The notes beneath the pieces were generated by a model that saw only the letters and a list, made by a program, of their open reading frames with translations, was not told the DNA's origin and searched no databases. Made by a program: the position numbers and the translations under genes. A DNA stretch of 64,000 nt, from IMG/VR virus record IMGVR_UViG_3300034161_000008, positions 41,369-105,368 of that record, one strand, 5' to 3'. This document shows positions 1-9,472 of the stretch, in pieces; the stretch's first letter is position 1, and each line of letters begins with the position of its first letter. The DNA is from a virus.

Positions 1-261
1 CAGCGTGTGTGCCTGATGGATCTTGTGGTTGCCCAAAAGGACGATCAGCGCACCACCGCGTTTGGTGTAAACGACTTCTTCCACAGTCGGATTAGGATGC
101 GGAGGAGAGAGTTCACCAGCCAGATCACCGATGGTAAGTTCTGCGACTTTTACCTTTTCGATGCGGGCTTGTTTTGCGAGTGCGACAACGGCTTCGAGAT
201 CGTAAAGGGCATCGTTCCAACGAAGCACTTGGCGACCCTGAGAGTTAATCCGCATGAGCAT
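1..261 (-). CDS. Hypothetical protein, partial (runs off left edge)
   Basis: Not in the ORF track. Read manually: AAGGA RBS, ATG at 261, open frame MLMRINSQGRQVLRWNDALYDLEAVV...IVLLGNHKIHQAHTL to the window edge. Confidence 0.7.
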   Translation of the reverse strand, partial: MLMRINSQGRQVLRWNDALYDLEAVVALAKQARIEKVKVAELTIGDLAGELSPPHPNPTVEEVVYTKRGGALIVLLGNHKIHQAHTL

Positions 262-349
262 TGTTTCCTTGTCGTTTTCTATACCAAGACGTAACACCGT
301 TATTTTCTACTCGTGTTAGTAATAAGTGGCTGAGATTTATTTGATTGCG

Positions 350-380
350 GCATAAGGGCAGCCCTAAGGCCGCCCCTATG
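350..380. terminator. CATA-hairpin-TATG element after the protease gene
   Basis: gCATAa-gggcagcc-ctaa-ggccgccc-cTATG, abutting the stop codon at 381-383. Confidence 0.65.
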
Positions 381-1136
381 TTACCAGCGCAGGAACGCTG
401 GACGTTCAACAGGCTTGTTGGACCAGCCCATCGAAGCGAACAACTCAGCACCACTGAGGATAACGGACTCTTGAGCGATGCCCGCAACCACACTTTGGCT
501 CTGAGCGCGTTCGATATCGCCGCGAGTAAAGGTCTGATCGAACTGACCCTCCAGTGCAGGAGACATCCACTTCTCAGCCACCGACAACCCAGGCTCGTTC
601 ACGTAGTCCCACGTGACGACAGTCTTGAGGTGACGATGTACAATCCCGCCCAGCCGGTGATCGTCTGTGAAGGCCCGGATAGAGAAACAGACGTTCTCGT
701 TAGGGTTCTTCAACGAACGCTCCAGAGCAGCACCGTGAGGGCCCGCAGGGAGGATATCGCCGATGATGGCGATGATCGGATTCCCTTTGGCGTCCTTGAT
801 GCTGTTGAAGTCCAGCTCCAGGTTCATGATGTGGTGGGAGACTTTGTCTTCCCAGATCGACATCACGCGGTTAGCGAACTCGTTGCTGGATTGACCCGGC
901 AGCGGTTTCGGGTGGCCGTATTCCCCACGCAGTGCGCCCTTTGCACAACGACGCATCAGCTGGCTCGAATTCTCGAACAAAGCTTTTGCAGGCTCGTAAG
1001 CATAGAACTCACCAGCAGAGTTGAACATGTTCAGGGCACCGAGCACGACACGGTAGTAGCCTTGCTCGTTTTGCTTGAGGTTACCGACTTTGTTTATACC
1101 GGCCAAAGCCGTACAAACGAACTTAATGGAATTCAT
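381..1136 (-). CDS. Prohead (head maturation) serine protease, phiKZ gp175-like
   Basis: Motifs GEYGHP (His), FSIR (Ser), WDYVNEPG; candidate self-cleavage site PALE near the C-terminus; lies next to the vRNAP genes. Confidence 0.9.
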   Translation of the reverse strand: MNSIKFVCTALAGINKVGNLKQNEQGYYRVVLGALNMFNSAGEFYAYEPAKALFENSSQLMRRCAKGALRGEYGHPKPLPGQSSNEFANRVMSIWEDKVSHHIMNLELDFNSIKDAKGNPIIAIIGDILPAGPHGAALERSLKNPNENVCFSIRAFTDDHRLGGIVHRHLKTVVTWDYVNEPGLSVAEKWMSPALEGQFDQTFTRGDIERAQSQSVVAGIAQESVILSGAELFASMGWSNKPVERPAFLRW

Positions 1137-1138
1137 GA

Positions 1139-1864
1139 CTAACGCCTCAATAGCCCCTCGATTCGCTCCACACGCTCGGCAGGTGAGATCAATGCCGACT
1201 GAAGTCCATCAGAGAAGTAGCTCCCCATGATTTTGGTGGTGGTGTCGGTAGCTTGGTAAACCACGCTACGCAACGGGATAAATGCTGGAGGCCGCAGGAT
1301 AGAATCCGCTTCAGACTTCACAGTCTGGCGGTAATACTTCGTGCGATCTTTCTGATCACGAGCGACCATCGAAACGATCAACTCAGTAACCTCACGTTGA
1401 CGACCAACGCTTGCACCAGCGTGGTGACCGGCTGTCTCAAAGATTTTGCCGAGGTCGTTGTAACTCAAGTACCAAGGCACCCGACCTTTAGCGAAGATCT
1501 CGTCGTAAATCTTAAACGTCAGTGTATCCGTTTTGACGAGATCGATGTTGGAGACAACAGTAGCGCCCGGCTCGAAATAGAACTCGAAGTATTCCTCTTC
1601 GTCGATCTTGATTCGCATCGTGGTCGTAGGTTCGATCCGCATCATGGCATTGACGACCCACACACCGTAGTATTTGTCATCCACTACAATGGCAGCCATC
1701 CCCACAATGTTGGTCTCAACCCCAACCTGTGCCAAGCCACGCTCGGCGTACCGCGAAGGGATATAAATCTTGCACCCCTTCGTGGTCACCAAACGCTTGT
1801 CTTCCAACTCTTTCAGAACAGCATGGATCTTCGGCGCATCACGTGTGAGTGTTCGAGGGTCCAT
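1139..1864 (-). CDS. Conserved virion protein, phiKZ gp176-like (possibly vRNAP-associated)
   Basis: 241 aa, AGGAG RBS, sits between the protease and vRNAP genes; identity inferred from synteny. Confidence 0.65.
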   Translation of the reverse strand: MDPRTLTRDAPKIHAVLKELEDKRLVTTKGCKIYIPSRYAERGLAQVGVETNIVGMAAIVVDDKYYGVWVVNAMMRIEPTTTMRIKIDEEEYFEFYFEPGATVVSNIDLVKTDTLTFKIYDEIFAKGRVPWYLSYNDLGKIFETAGHHAGASVGRQREVTELIVSMVARDQKDRTKYYRQTVKSEADSILRPPAFIPLRSVVYQATDTTTKIMGSYFSDGLQSALISPAERVERIEGLLRR

Positions 1865-1873
1865 GCTTGCTCC

Positions 1874-3289
1874 TTAGACGCCGACTTTGAACTGCTCGGC
1901 AACCCACTTGGCCGCGTAACGAGCGGCAGAGATTGCAGCAGCTTCGCGGATGTCCAGTTTAGGGTTGGCCACCATCGCAGCATTCACACCATCGAGGATG
2001 GCAAATGCAGCAGTGTGTGGGTAACGGGCAGCACACACCAGACGCAGGCACAGGCTATCGATGCACTCGATTTCCTGACTACGCACGCCAGACAGCAGTT
2101 CTACGAACGTGCTGAACACAGTGGCAGCGTTGCCGATGTTGGTGGTGTCGGTGTCTTCTTGCAGCTGCTTGTGGAAATGCAGCGACAGGAATTGCTTGAC
2201 GCGCTCAAACTTGCGGTTGGCTTCAGCCGACGCAACGTAGGTGGAGTGCTCGTTCCACGCTTTGAGCAGACGACTGGCGTTCTCGTTGATCGAGGCCACC
2301 GAACCCAGTACGGGCTTGCTCAGCAAGTTGCCGTACAGAACTTCGTTGGTGCCGCCTGCTTCAATCCACTGGCGATACACTTCGGAGTTGACAGTGATCG
2401 TGCGCTCGGTGTTGGAGCGAACCAGCGCGCCGTTCTTGACGTCGGTCTCGTAGAGCTCGAGAGCCACAGCCAGCGTACGGGCCGATTGGTTACGGAACTC
2501 TACCATCAGAGCCTCGTAAGCTTTCAGACCCATCTCGGTGCCTTCCAGGGGCGATGCGCTGTACAGCTTGCGCGCCAGCAGGAAGATGGCAATCGTGCTG
2601 TCCAGATCTTTCATCAGATCCGAGAAAGTGATCGTGCCAACTTCTTCACCATTCACGCCGTTCTGGAATGCCAGACGCCACAGGTTGAGCAACCAGCCTT
2701 CACCTTTGACAGCCAACCATTCGTCGACGTCTTTGTCCAGACGACCCGAACCAGCCGACATGATCTCGCGCAGCTCAGCCGCAGTTTGATCAGGGCATTT
2801 GAAGCCCAGGCGTGGATGGTCGAAAGGAGTTTCGGCGTACGGACGCACCGCAGTTGCCAGCAGTGGGTTCGAAACCAGCGCAGGCATTTCTTCGATGATC
2901 ACTTCCATGCCCAGCAACGAGCTCACCGATTGGTCAGCCAGAGACTGACGCACGGAGTCGGCCAGCGACTGGACGTCTGGAGCCACGACGGTACGGGCAA
3001 ACACCAAGTGCTCGCGCACGGCGTTGATCACTACCGGAACAATTTCGTCCTGACACATGTCGTGCATGGACGCATTGATTTCCGCCATCGGGCAGTTTGC
3101 CATGTATTCGATGGCAGTGATGTCCGGTACGTAGCCAGGCTCGTTGGAGATCAGCATCTCGCCGGGCTGGCGCGAAGCATTAACCAACGCAGCCAGTGGA
3201 GTGTTGTCCACAGGACGCAGCACTACGCCGGAGGCATCCAGCTTTTCTGTAAGAGCGTAGGCGCTCTCGACCGCTTCACGAGTAAGCAT
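1874..3289 (-). CDS. Conserved virion protein, phiKZ gp177-like
   Basis: 471 aa ORF coupled within the vRNAP/protease operon; synteny. Confidence 0.6.
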   Translation of the reverse strand: MLTREAVESAYALTEKLDASGVVLRPVDNTPLAALVNASRQPGEMLISNEPGYVPDITAIEYMANCPMAEINASMHDMCQDEIVPVVINAVREHLVFARTVVAPDVQSLADSVRQSLADQSVSSLLGMEVIIEEMPALVSNPLLATAVRPYAETPFDHPRLGFKCPDQTAAELREIMSAGSGRLDKDVDEWLAVKGEGWLLNLWRLAFQNGVNGEEVGTITFSDLMKDLDSTIAIFLLARKLYSASPLEGTEMGLKAYEALMVEFRNQSARTLAVALELYETDVKNGALVRSNTERTITVNSEVYRQWIEAGGTNEVLYGNLLSKPVLGSVASINENASRLLKAWNEHSTYVASAEANRKFERVKQFLSLHFHKQLQEDTDTTNIGNAATVFSTFVELLSGVRSQEIECIDSLCLRLVCAARYPHTAAFAILDGVNAAMVANPKLDIREAAAISAARYAAKWVAEQFKVGV

Positions 3290-3492
3290 TACTTGCCCCC
3301 CAAGTATTTGGCAACGCTGGATTGGAACTCCGACTGAGCGAAGTCGTAAATCACCTGACGAGTCAGGGGACTGCCGTTCAGGGTGTCGGCAACTTCGTTA
3401 CCAACAATCCCTTGGACGATGTGACGCACCAGCTCGGCTGCGTTCGCCAGCGTTACCAAGGTTGTTTCAGACTGTTTGTTTTGCATGATCAT
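3289..3492 (-). CDS. Small hypothetical protein (67 aa) in the vRNAP operon
   Basis: Overlaps both neighbours (ATGA with the upstream stop, TAATG with the downstream start) and fills the gap exactly. Confidence 0.7.
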   Translation of the reverse strand: MIMQNKQSETTLVTLANAAELVRHIVQGIVGNEVADTLNGSPLTRQVIYDFAQSEFQSSVAKYLGGK

Positions 3493-6400
3493 TTACCCTT
3501 GTAGATCTTGGCGGCTTGCTTGCCGATGACATCCAACAACGTTGTGGTGGTGCCAATGATTTCTGGGGAGAGTACGATACGGGCAGAGATCGACATGTAA
3601 CCGAAGATTGCATCGATTGGTGTACCGTCTTCGGTAGTGGTGTCGTCATCCATCACTCGACCAATTACAGTCTTGAGCTGGTTGCCGAACACGCCTTTGT
3701 CACCCACACCCATGGCAACGTCACCCGTGATGTAAATACGGATAGCCATAGTGTCGAGCATCAGCGGATTACCATCTACACGGAAGCTTTCGTCAACCGA
3801 GCCATTCAGCACACGTTTGCCTTGGCTTTTGCTACGCTGAGCGAGTGCGCGGTCGGCAGAGGATGCGATAGCCTGCAACGACTCCGTCATGTCCTCTTTG
3901 TCGCCATGGTAGAACACTTCAATCCGTTCTACTGTGCCGTGCGCTTTGGCCGTTGGAGTTTGAGCACCCAGGAGACGCAAGGTATCCAGAGACTCAGCAT
4001 CAAACAACCCAGTGTTAGCAGTGACAGCGTCCTCAATAGTACATAAAATATCCTCGCCTTCTACACTTGCCCCCACTTTAACCAGTCGAGCAACAGACTG
4101 TTCAAAGTTAACTACGATGGTGCGAACCTTCGTAATTTTGGTGGTCAACTGAGCAGAGATCCGTTTAGCGATCACCGAGGAGTCTTCCAGGGTATCCGTC
4201 GATTCGAAAATCGCCGTGTTCACCATGACGCCAGCTTTCCACACAACGTTGTTCGGGTCGAGAATGTCTCGCTCGAAGAAGTCGGAGTTATAGCTGAGCA
4301 CTGCACCCTTCTTGAACTTTGCCCCTACTTTAAGATCGGTGCGAACCTCGTGAGGAATCACCAACCCCGCAGCATTACCATAACGACGACCCAACTCAAT
4401 ACCACGAGTCTCGCCATCGTTGTACTCCACGACGATACCGGTAGGGGTGACGTCGATTACTTTGCCGTCTTTACGCGCAGTGTAAGCGAAGAGATCGCTT
4501 GTGCGGTGTGCAAGGACTTGCTCGTAACCAGTACGTACAGGCGATGAAACGTAACCCAGACACGCCACGCCATGACTCTGCTGAATAGCCGCAAAGTTAG
4601 CACGCTTTGGATCGTCTTGGTCCGTACCTACTTGCAGCAGACTTGTAGTCGACAGCAAAGCAGTTGCGCCCGTCTTGCCATTCACGTAACGACGCGAAGC
4701 ACCACGCAAGGACGTGAACTGCGGGTCAGCACTTGTTTGAGTGTTGATCGCAACGTCCGAGGAGTCCACGGTCGATTCGGAGATGGTCCCCATGTCGTTC
4801 GGGTGATACAGACGAGTCTTCTTCGTCATCGAGCGGCTGTTACGACCACCCGTACCCGAGTACGTCACTGCTTCCTGTTCCTTGAGGTTCTGGATAGGGT
4901 TGATGTCCACTACCAGCGCCACCGAAGGGTCGGTCGCAATTGCCTTCCAAACTGCGAAAGGGTTGATGTCGATCGGCTGTTTAGCACGACCCGGACGACC
5001 AGAGTGGTCACGCAGGCCTTTCACCATCTCGGCGTAAACAGCACCCGCCACACGTTCGTAACCTTTGATACGCATGAACTCAGAATCAAGTTCATCAGGG
5101 TGAGTGTCGGTCATCAGCATTTCAGCCGAACGCAACAACAGCCCACGGAAATCAGTAGGCTCACCCATTTCGATCAGCAGGTCCCGAGTAATCGGTTCCA
5201 CGAACATCCGGTACATCAGATCGATCTCACGGATCGTACGAGCACCACCACCACCTTGGTCCAGCACCGACAGGTACACGCCCGGTTTGTCAAACTCGTA
5301 AACAGAGTATTGACGGATGGCGCGGTGGAACTCGTTGAAGCCAGCCAGAATCAGCGAAGCGTAACGATCATCTTTCAGGAACACCAGCGTCTCGTCAGCA
5401 AACACGATCGAATACTCGTGCTGCTCCATCTGTACACGCTGACCAGCCGGTACGCGACGAGGCTGAACTTTGAGCAAGCGCAGGAGTTTATCCAGCCCCA
5501 TTTCGTAGCCCAGGATAATAGCCAGTGGAACCGTACGACCACGAACCTTGAGCTCGGTGAACTCAACCGGTGCTTTGTGCACGTCCAGCCCGATCAATGT
5601 TTCGATAGGGTAGAACTCAACGATTGTGTCGCCATCGACGATGTACAACTCGCCGCCAGTATCCATCACCAGCATTTGGCCAGTTTTAGGATTCTTGGCA
5701 CACAACACGACGCCGTCTTTCTCGTACTGTTCAATCGCAGCTTCGCCATACAGCGTAGCGCGTTTGGTTTGGTCCCACGAGAAGTCAAAGCCCTTGACAG
5801 TAAAGCTCTTGAACTGCATCGCGATCGTGGAGTAGACCTTAGGGCACTCAAAGCGCGGATCGAACACATCAGTCGGTTTGAGGTTGGTGATAGAGTCATC
5901 CTCATCATCCAGCCCTTTGGCCATGATCTGGTTGCACAACCAGTCCTGATAGTTGTTGACCTGCTTAGCCGAGCGCATCACGAACAGCTTGCCGAAGTAC
6001 GACGTCAGTGCCACTTTGTCAGGGGCAACTTTACGAATAGGCATGTCGCCACGCTGTTTACGCAGACGGTACTTGGTGCCGTTGGCAGTGTACGTGCCGT
6101 CTTCTTCGAACACCGGGATCTTGAAGCGCCAGTTACCGGTAGCACCCTCAACAGGTTCCAGCCGAACAGTGAAGCTATCGTACGCACCAGTCACGTCTTC
6201 CATACGTTCGACTTGGTAGTCACTAACGATGGTGCCTGCGTTCTGGAACATCATCACCATGCCCGCGATGTCTTTGGGCAGAACCTGTTGGATGTACTTC
6301 TCGTCAAACTCCAACAAGCTCGACTTGAGCATCGTTTTGTCAGGCACGGTAGCGATGTCAGGAATCGACGGCGACTCGTGGATCATCAGCACTTCAGGAT

Positions 6401-7778
6401 CGATGTGGATGAACTCAGCCAGCGTACCCTTGCCGTCAGGCGCAGGCAGTTTACGGAAGGTCGAAGCGCGTTCGATGTAGCGCTTGTATTCCTTGGCTGA
6501 CATACCAGTCAAAGCCAGCTTGTCGCACAGAGCTACGATGCCGTCTTCAGGAGCACCTAAGCCCTTCGATACGATTTCGATCTCGTGCTGCTCACCGTCT
6601 TCATTGACATCCGGTGCCACCAACTCCAAAGCAGAGAGGTCTTTCTCAAGCTGGGCTTCTTCAGCCTCAGAATGAGTTATGTCCTCTGGGCGCGTTGTTG
6701 CGCCTTCAAGATCCCCCGTTTCGTGCGGGAGTTCTGTCTGTTCGGTTTTGGTGTGGAAGACGCCTGTTTCAGGGTCAAGTACCGGGATCGATGCAGGGAC
6801 AACTGTAACCGTTGCTGTTGGGTCTTTTGGTTTAGTAGACTCTGACCCTTCGGACTTTGGGTCAGTTGCATCGCCTTCGCCAGAGCCGCGAACTTCGAAG
6901 ACCGCCATCGCCATCCGCAGGACGCGACGTTGGAGTTGCGACGGGTCGAGCCCTTTGATGTTGGTGGGTCGTAACTCTTCAGGGTGATCTTTCGCATACG
7001 CCAACTCTTCCTTGGAGGATTTGCGCCACTTGTCCAACAGACCCAAGTTCACCGCAAACCAACGACCCGATTCCTGGAACACGAGGTTGACTCGGTCCAT
7101 TTTCTCAGGTGGGCAGTTGTTCAGCACGGAGTCTGCACGGTTGTCGCCCAACCACTTCCACAGCTCCAGCAGGAACAACGACTCTTGGTCCGGGAACAGC
7201 TTGAGGACTTTTTGAGTGATGCCAGCCGAAGCAATGTTCAGGTTTGGGATCGATGGCAGGATCAACGGCAGTTTGCAGAAGATGAACTGGTTGCGATCGG
7301 TAGTCGTAGCAATCTCTGCCACGTTCTTCCACAGCGCAGCCTGGATGTTCCACCACTTGTAATACTCGGAGTAGAACGAGCGTTGGTAGCGGTACATCCG
7401 TGGCAACAAACCGTAGCTATAAACAGCCAACATCAGTTCGTCACGAGTCGCCGTTTCCAGCGACTTCATCTTGCGCACACGGCGGTTCTTGATGTGGTAG
7501 CTGTTGATCAGTGGACCGGGAGCCATTGGCAGCTTGCGCGGCGAGCCCTTGGTGTCACCGATCTCAGTCACGAAGCCCAGCATTACAGGCTTGGTGTTGT
7601 TGCGGAACAGGAAGTCATCGCCAGCCGGACCCAAGTCTCCCACGTCACCACCAACGTAGTGCAGCAAAGAACGCTTAGGCAACTCCAGCGTTTGAATCAT
7701 TGGCAGTGGTGGAGACATCAACTGCTCCACCCGACGCACGCCATTTTTACGATACCAAGTTTCGTAAAGTTGCTGCAC
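3489..7778 (-). CDS. rpoB: Virion RNA polymerase beta-like subunit, phiKZ gp178-like
   Basis: 1429 aa; RpoB-like motifs DDPKRANF..QQSH, EDSSVI, GDKGVFGNQLKTVIG, DGTPIDAIF. Confidence 0.92.
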   Translation of the reverse strand: MQQLYETWYRKNGVRRVEQLMSPPLPMIQTLELPKRSLLHYVGGDVGDLGPAGDDFLFRNNTKPVMLGFVTEIGDTKGSPRKLPMAPGPLINSYHIKNRRVRKMKSLETATRDELMLAVYSYGLLPRMYRYQRSFYSEYYKWWNIQAALWKNVAEIATTTDRNQFIFCKLPLILPSIPNLNIASAGITQKVLKLFPDQESLFLLELWKWLGDNRADSVLNNCPPEKMDRVNLVFQESGRWFAVNLGLLDKWRKSSKEELAYAKDHPEELRPTNIKGLDPSQLQRRVLRMAMAVFEVRGSGEGDATDPKSEGSESTKPKDPTATVTVVPASIPVLDPETGVFHTKTEQTELPHETGDLEGATTRPEDITHSEAEEAQLEKDLSALELVAPDVNEDGEQHEIEIVSKGLGAPEDGIVALCDKLALTGMSAKEYKRYIERASTFRKLPAPDGKGTLAEFIHIDPEVLMIHESPSIPDIATVPDKTMLKSSLLEFDEKYIQQVLPKDIAGMVMMFQNAGTIVSDYQVERMEDVTGAYDSFTVRLEPVEGATGNWRFKIPVFEEDGTYTANGTKYRLRKQRGDMPIRKVAPDKVALTSYFGKLFVMRSAKQVNNYQDWLCNQIMAKGLDDEDDSITNLKPTDVFDPRFECPKVYSTIAMQFKSFTVKGFDFSWDQTKRATLYGEAAIEQYEKDGVVLCAKNPKTGQMLVMDTGGELYIVDGDTIVEFYPIETLIGLDVHKAPVEFTELKVRGRTVPLAIILGYEMGLDKLLRLLKVQPRRVPAGQRVQMEQHEYSIVFADETLVFLKDDRYASLILAGFNEFHRAIRQYSVYEFDKPGVYLSVLDQGGGGARTIREIDLMYRMFVEPITRDLLIEMGEPTDFRGLLLRSAEMLMTDTHPDELDSEFMRIKGYERVAGAVYAEMVKGLRDHSGRPGRAKQPIDINPFAVWKAIATDPSVALVVDINPIQNLKEQEAVTYSGTGGRNSRSMTKKTRLYHPNDMGTISESTVDSSDVAINTQTSADPQFTSLRGASRRYVNGKTGATALLSTTSLLQVGTDQDDPKRANFAAIQQSHGVACLGYVSSPVRTGYEQVLAHRTSDLFAYTARKDGKVIDVTPTGIVVEYNDGETRGIELGRRYGNAAGLVIPHEVRTDLKVGAKFKKGAVLSYNSDFFERDILDPNNVVWKAGVMVNTAIFESTDTLEDSSVIAKRISAQLTTKITKVRTIVVNFEQSVARLVKVGASVEGEDILCTIEDAVTANTGLFDAESLDTLRLLGAQTPTAKAHGTVERIEVFYHGDKEDMTESLQAIASSADRALAQRSKSQGKRVLNGSVDESFRVDGNPLMLDTMAIRIYITGDVAMGVGDKGVFGNQLKTVIGRVMDDDTTTEDGTPIDAIFGYMSISARIVLSPEIIGTTTTLLDVIGKQAAKIYKGK

Positions 7779-7780
7779 GG

Positions 7781-9403
7781 TTAATCCCCAGTCATGTTGT
7801 GCATCACGAGATCGACAGTCATTACGCTGATACTGGCCAAGAAACGACCATCCGTTCCAACGTATGCTTTCTTGGTTTGCAAGAACGCATTGACTTCTGC
7901 AATGGACTCGTCTGAATACGTGGCGTTACCTGACGCAGTGTCGCCGTCAAAGTCAGCACCCAAAGCCTCCAAGTGGGCCGAGTGCGGAACCAACGAATCC
8001 AAGAACTCGCCACCGGCGATAGGAAACTCGTAAGCGGTGAAAGATTCATCTTGAGGTTCCCAGCCAGTGGAAAGCTCGCGACGTTGTTCGGCTTTAATCG
8101 TGGTGCGAACGTAAGCGATCGATGGATAGATCGAACCTACGCCAGTCACCGGGTAACGGGTCACAAACAGAGGATGCTTGTTGATCACGCGGTAGGTGGA
8201 CAGATACAGCAATTCAGCGAACGTCAGTGGGTGCACGTCTTTTGGATCGCGAGACTCTGGCAACTCATCGATGGAGTGCATCAGCTTGAACGTGCCGTCC
8301 GGTCCTTTATACACCAGACCTACGTAGCGCCCATCAATCTCTAGTGGCTTGTGGCGGAGCGACAAGTCAAAGAAACTGGTGATGACCTTTTCCAAACCCT
8401 CGTCTGTAGCCCAGCGGTCAAAGTGCTGAGACTTCAGCTGCACCAACTCTGTCTTGAGAGTCTTCTTGTTGACCAGCACCGCAGGGGAGCTGACCGAACG
8501 GAAGACCTCACTCAAGAACCCGTTACGCAAATGGTAACGAGCCACAGGCATAATTGCCTTGAGCATTTGGTACAGACCCAACACCGTGCTATTAAAGCCA
8601 GGGTTGCCGGGAGCCCCGAGATACGGAGATGCTGTGTCCATCGCGGTAATCACGTTACGCGTACCGTTGAAGATACGTCGCGAACCGTACTTGCCGAGGA
8701 TCAGCTTCTTCTTACCTTCGAGCATGTTCTCGATGGTGTCGTACAACTCGTTGAACTTGGACTGCATGTTCCAGCGCGCAGTGTTCGATTGCTCTGGGTT
8801 CAGACGAATTGCAGCATCAGTAATCGTGTTGGACACACCCAGCAAAGCACGGTAGAGGGAGTTGATCTCATCCTCTTTCATGCGGCCGGAGTCGTCCACT
8901 TCTAAGTCGCGCATACCCGCAGGCATAACGACGATTTTAGAAGTCATGGCCTTGTCTTTGTATTTCTCGATGATTTTGATGTTCTGTTCACGAGACGTAC
9001 TTTTCGACAGGCCGTGGTTGATGTCCTTCCAGTGGTTCAGGAAGAAGTGAAAACCAGTCTTGCCGTTGACAGGGTCAGACTTCTCAAAGTCCTTTACCGT
9101 GGGGTCCCAGATAGCGTGTTCTTGCCCGGAGATGATCCCAGCATACAGCCGCTTCAAAGCTACGATTGCACGAAACACAATCGGGTGAAAGATCTCAACC
9201 TTGATGTCGATGTAGGAGAATCGCATCGAACGACGCTCATCTCCTACACGACCAAAGATAGATGTTGAAAACAACCCATTCTCATGGAAATTGTCGCTTG
9301 CCCCGTCGAAGATGTCCAGAACGGTGACAGGCTTGAGCCCACTCAATCGCTGCGGGTTCAGCTCCAACAACGAGACATTGAAGGGGATCTGTTGTCTTTT
9401 CAT
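7781..9403 (-). CDS. rpoC: Virion RNA polymerase beta'-like catalytic subunit, phiKZ gp180-like
   Basis: Catalytic GADFDGD motif; GLFSTSIFG, RRIFNGTRNVIT, VTRYP. Confidence 0.93.
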   Translation of the reverse strand: MKRQQIPFNVSLLELNPQRLSGLKPVTVLDIFDGASDNFHENGLFSTSIFGRVGDERRSMRFSYIDIKVEIFHPIVFRAIVALKRLYAGIISGQEHAIWDPTVKDFEKSDPVNGKTGFHFFLNHWKDINHGLSKSTSREQNIKIIEKYKDKAMTSKIVVMPAGMRDLEVDDSGRMKEDEINSLYRALLGVSNTITDAAIRLNPEQSNTARWNMQSKFNELYDTIENMLEGKKKLILGKYGSRRIFNGTRNVITAMDTASPYLGAPGNPGFNSTVLGLYQMLKAIMPVARYHLRNGFLSEVFRSVSSPAVLVNKKTLKTELVQLKSQHFDRWATDEGLEKVITSFFDLSLRHKPLEIDGRYVGLVYKGPDGTFKLMHSIDELPESRDPKDVHPLTFAELLYLSTYRVINKHPLFVTRYPVTGVGSIYPSIAYVRTTIKAEQRRELSTGWEPQDESFTAYEFPIAGGEFLDSLVPHSAHLEALGADFDGDTASGNATYSDESIAEVNAFLQTKKAYVGTDGRFLASISVMTVDLVMHNMTGD

Positions 9404-9432
9404 TTAAGAAAGCTCCGGCCCAACACTGAAAT

Positions 9433-9436
9433 TATG
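9433..9436 (+). promoter_or_regulatory. Candidate phiKZ-type late promoter core (TATG)
   Basis: AATTATGAG in the AT-rich divergent gap, about 40 nt upstream of the tail lysin gene; TATG is the described phiKZ late promoter core, but a 4-mer alone is weak evidence. Confidence 0.4.
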
Positions 9437-9472
9437 AGAGCTGTAAGAATTAATGCCCACTAGGAGCACGTC

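Noticed and set aside
1253..3337. 694-aa + strand ORF
   Set aside because: Antisense shadow of real minus-strand genes; no motifs; explained by sense-strand codon bias that removes antisense stop codons
4572..6500. 642-aa + strand ORF inside the vRNAP beta gene
   Set aside because: Antisense shadow with H/R/V/Q-rich composition and no recognisable domain
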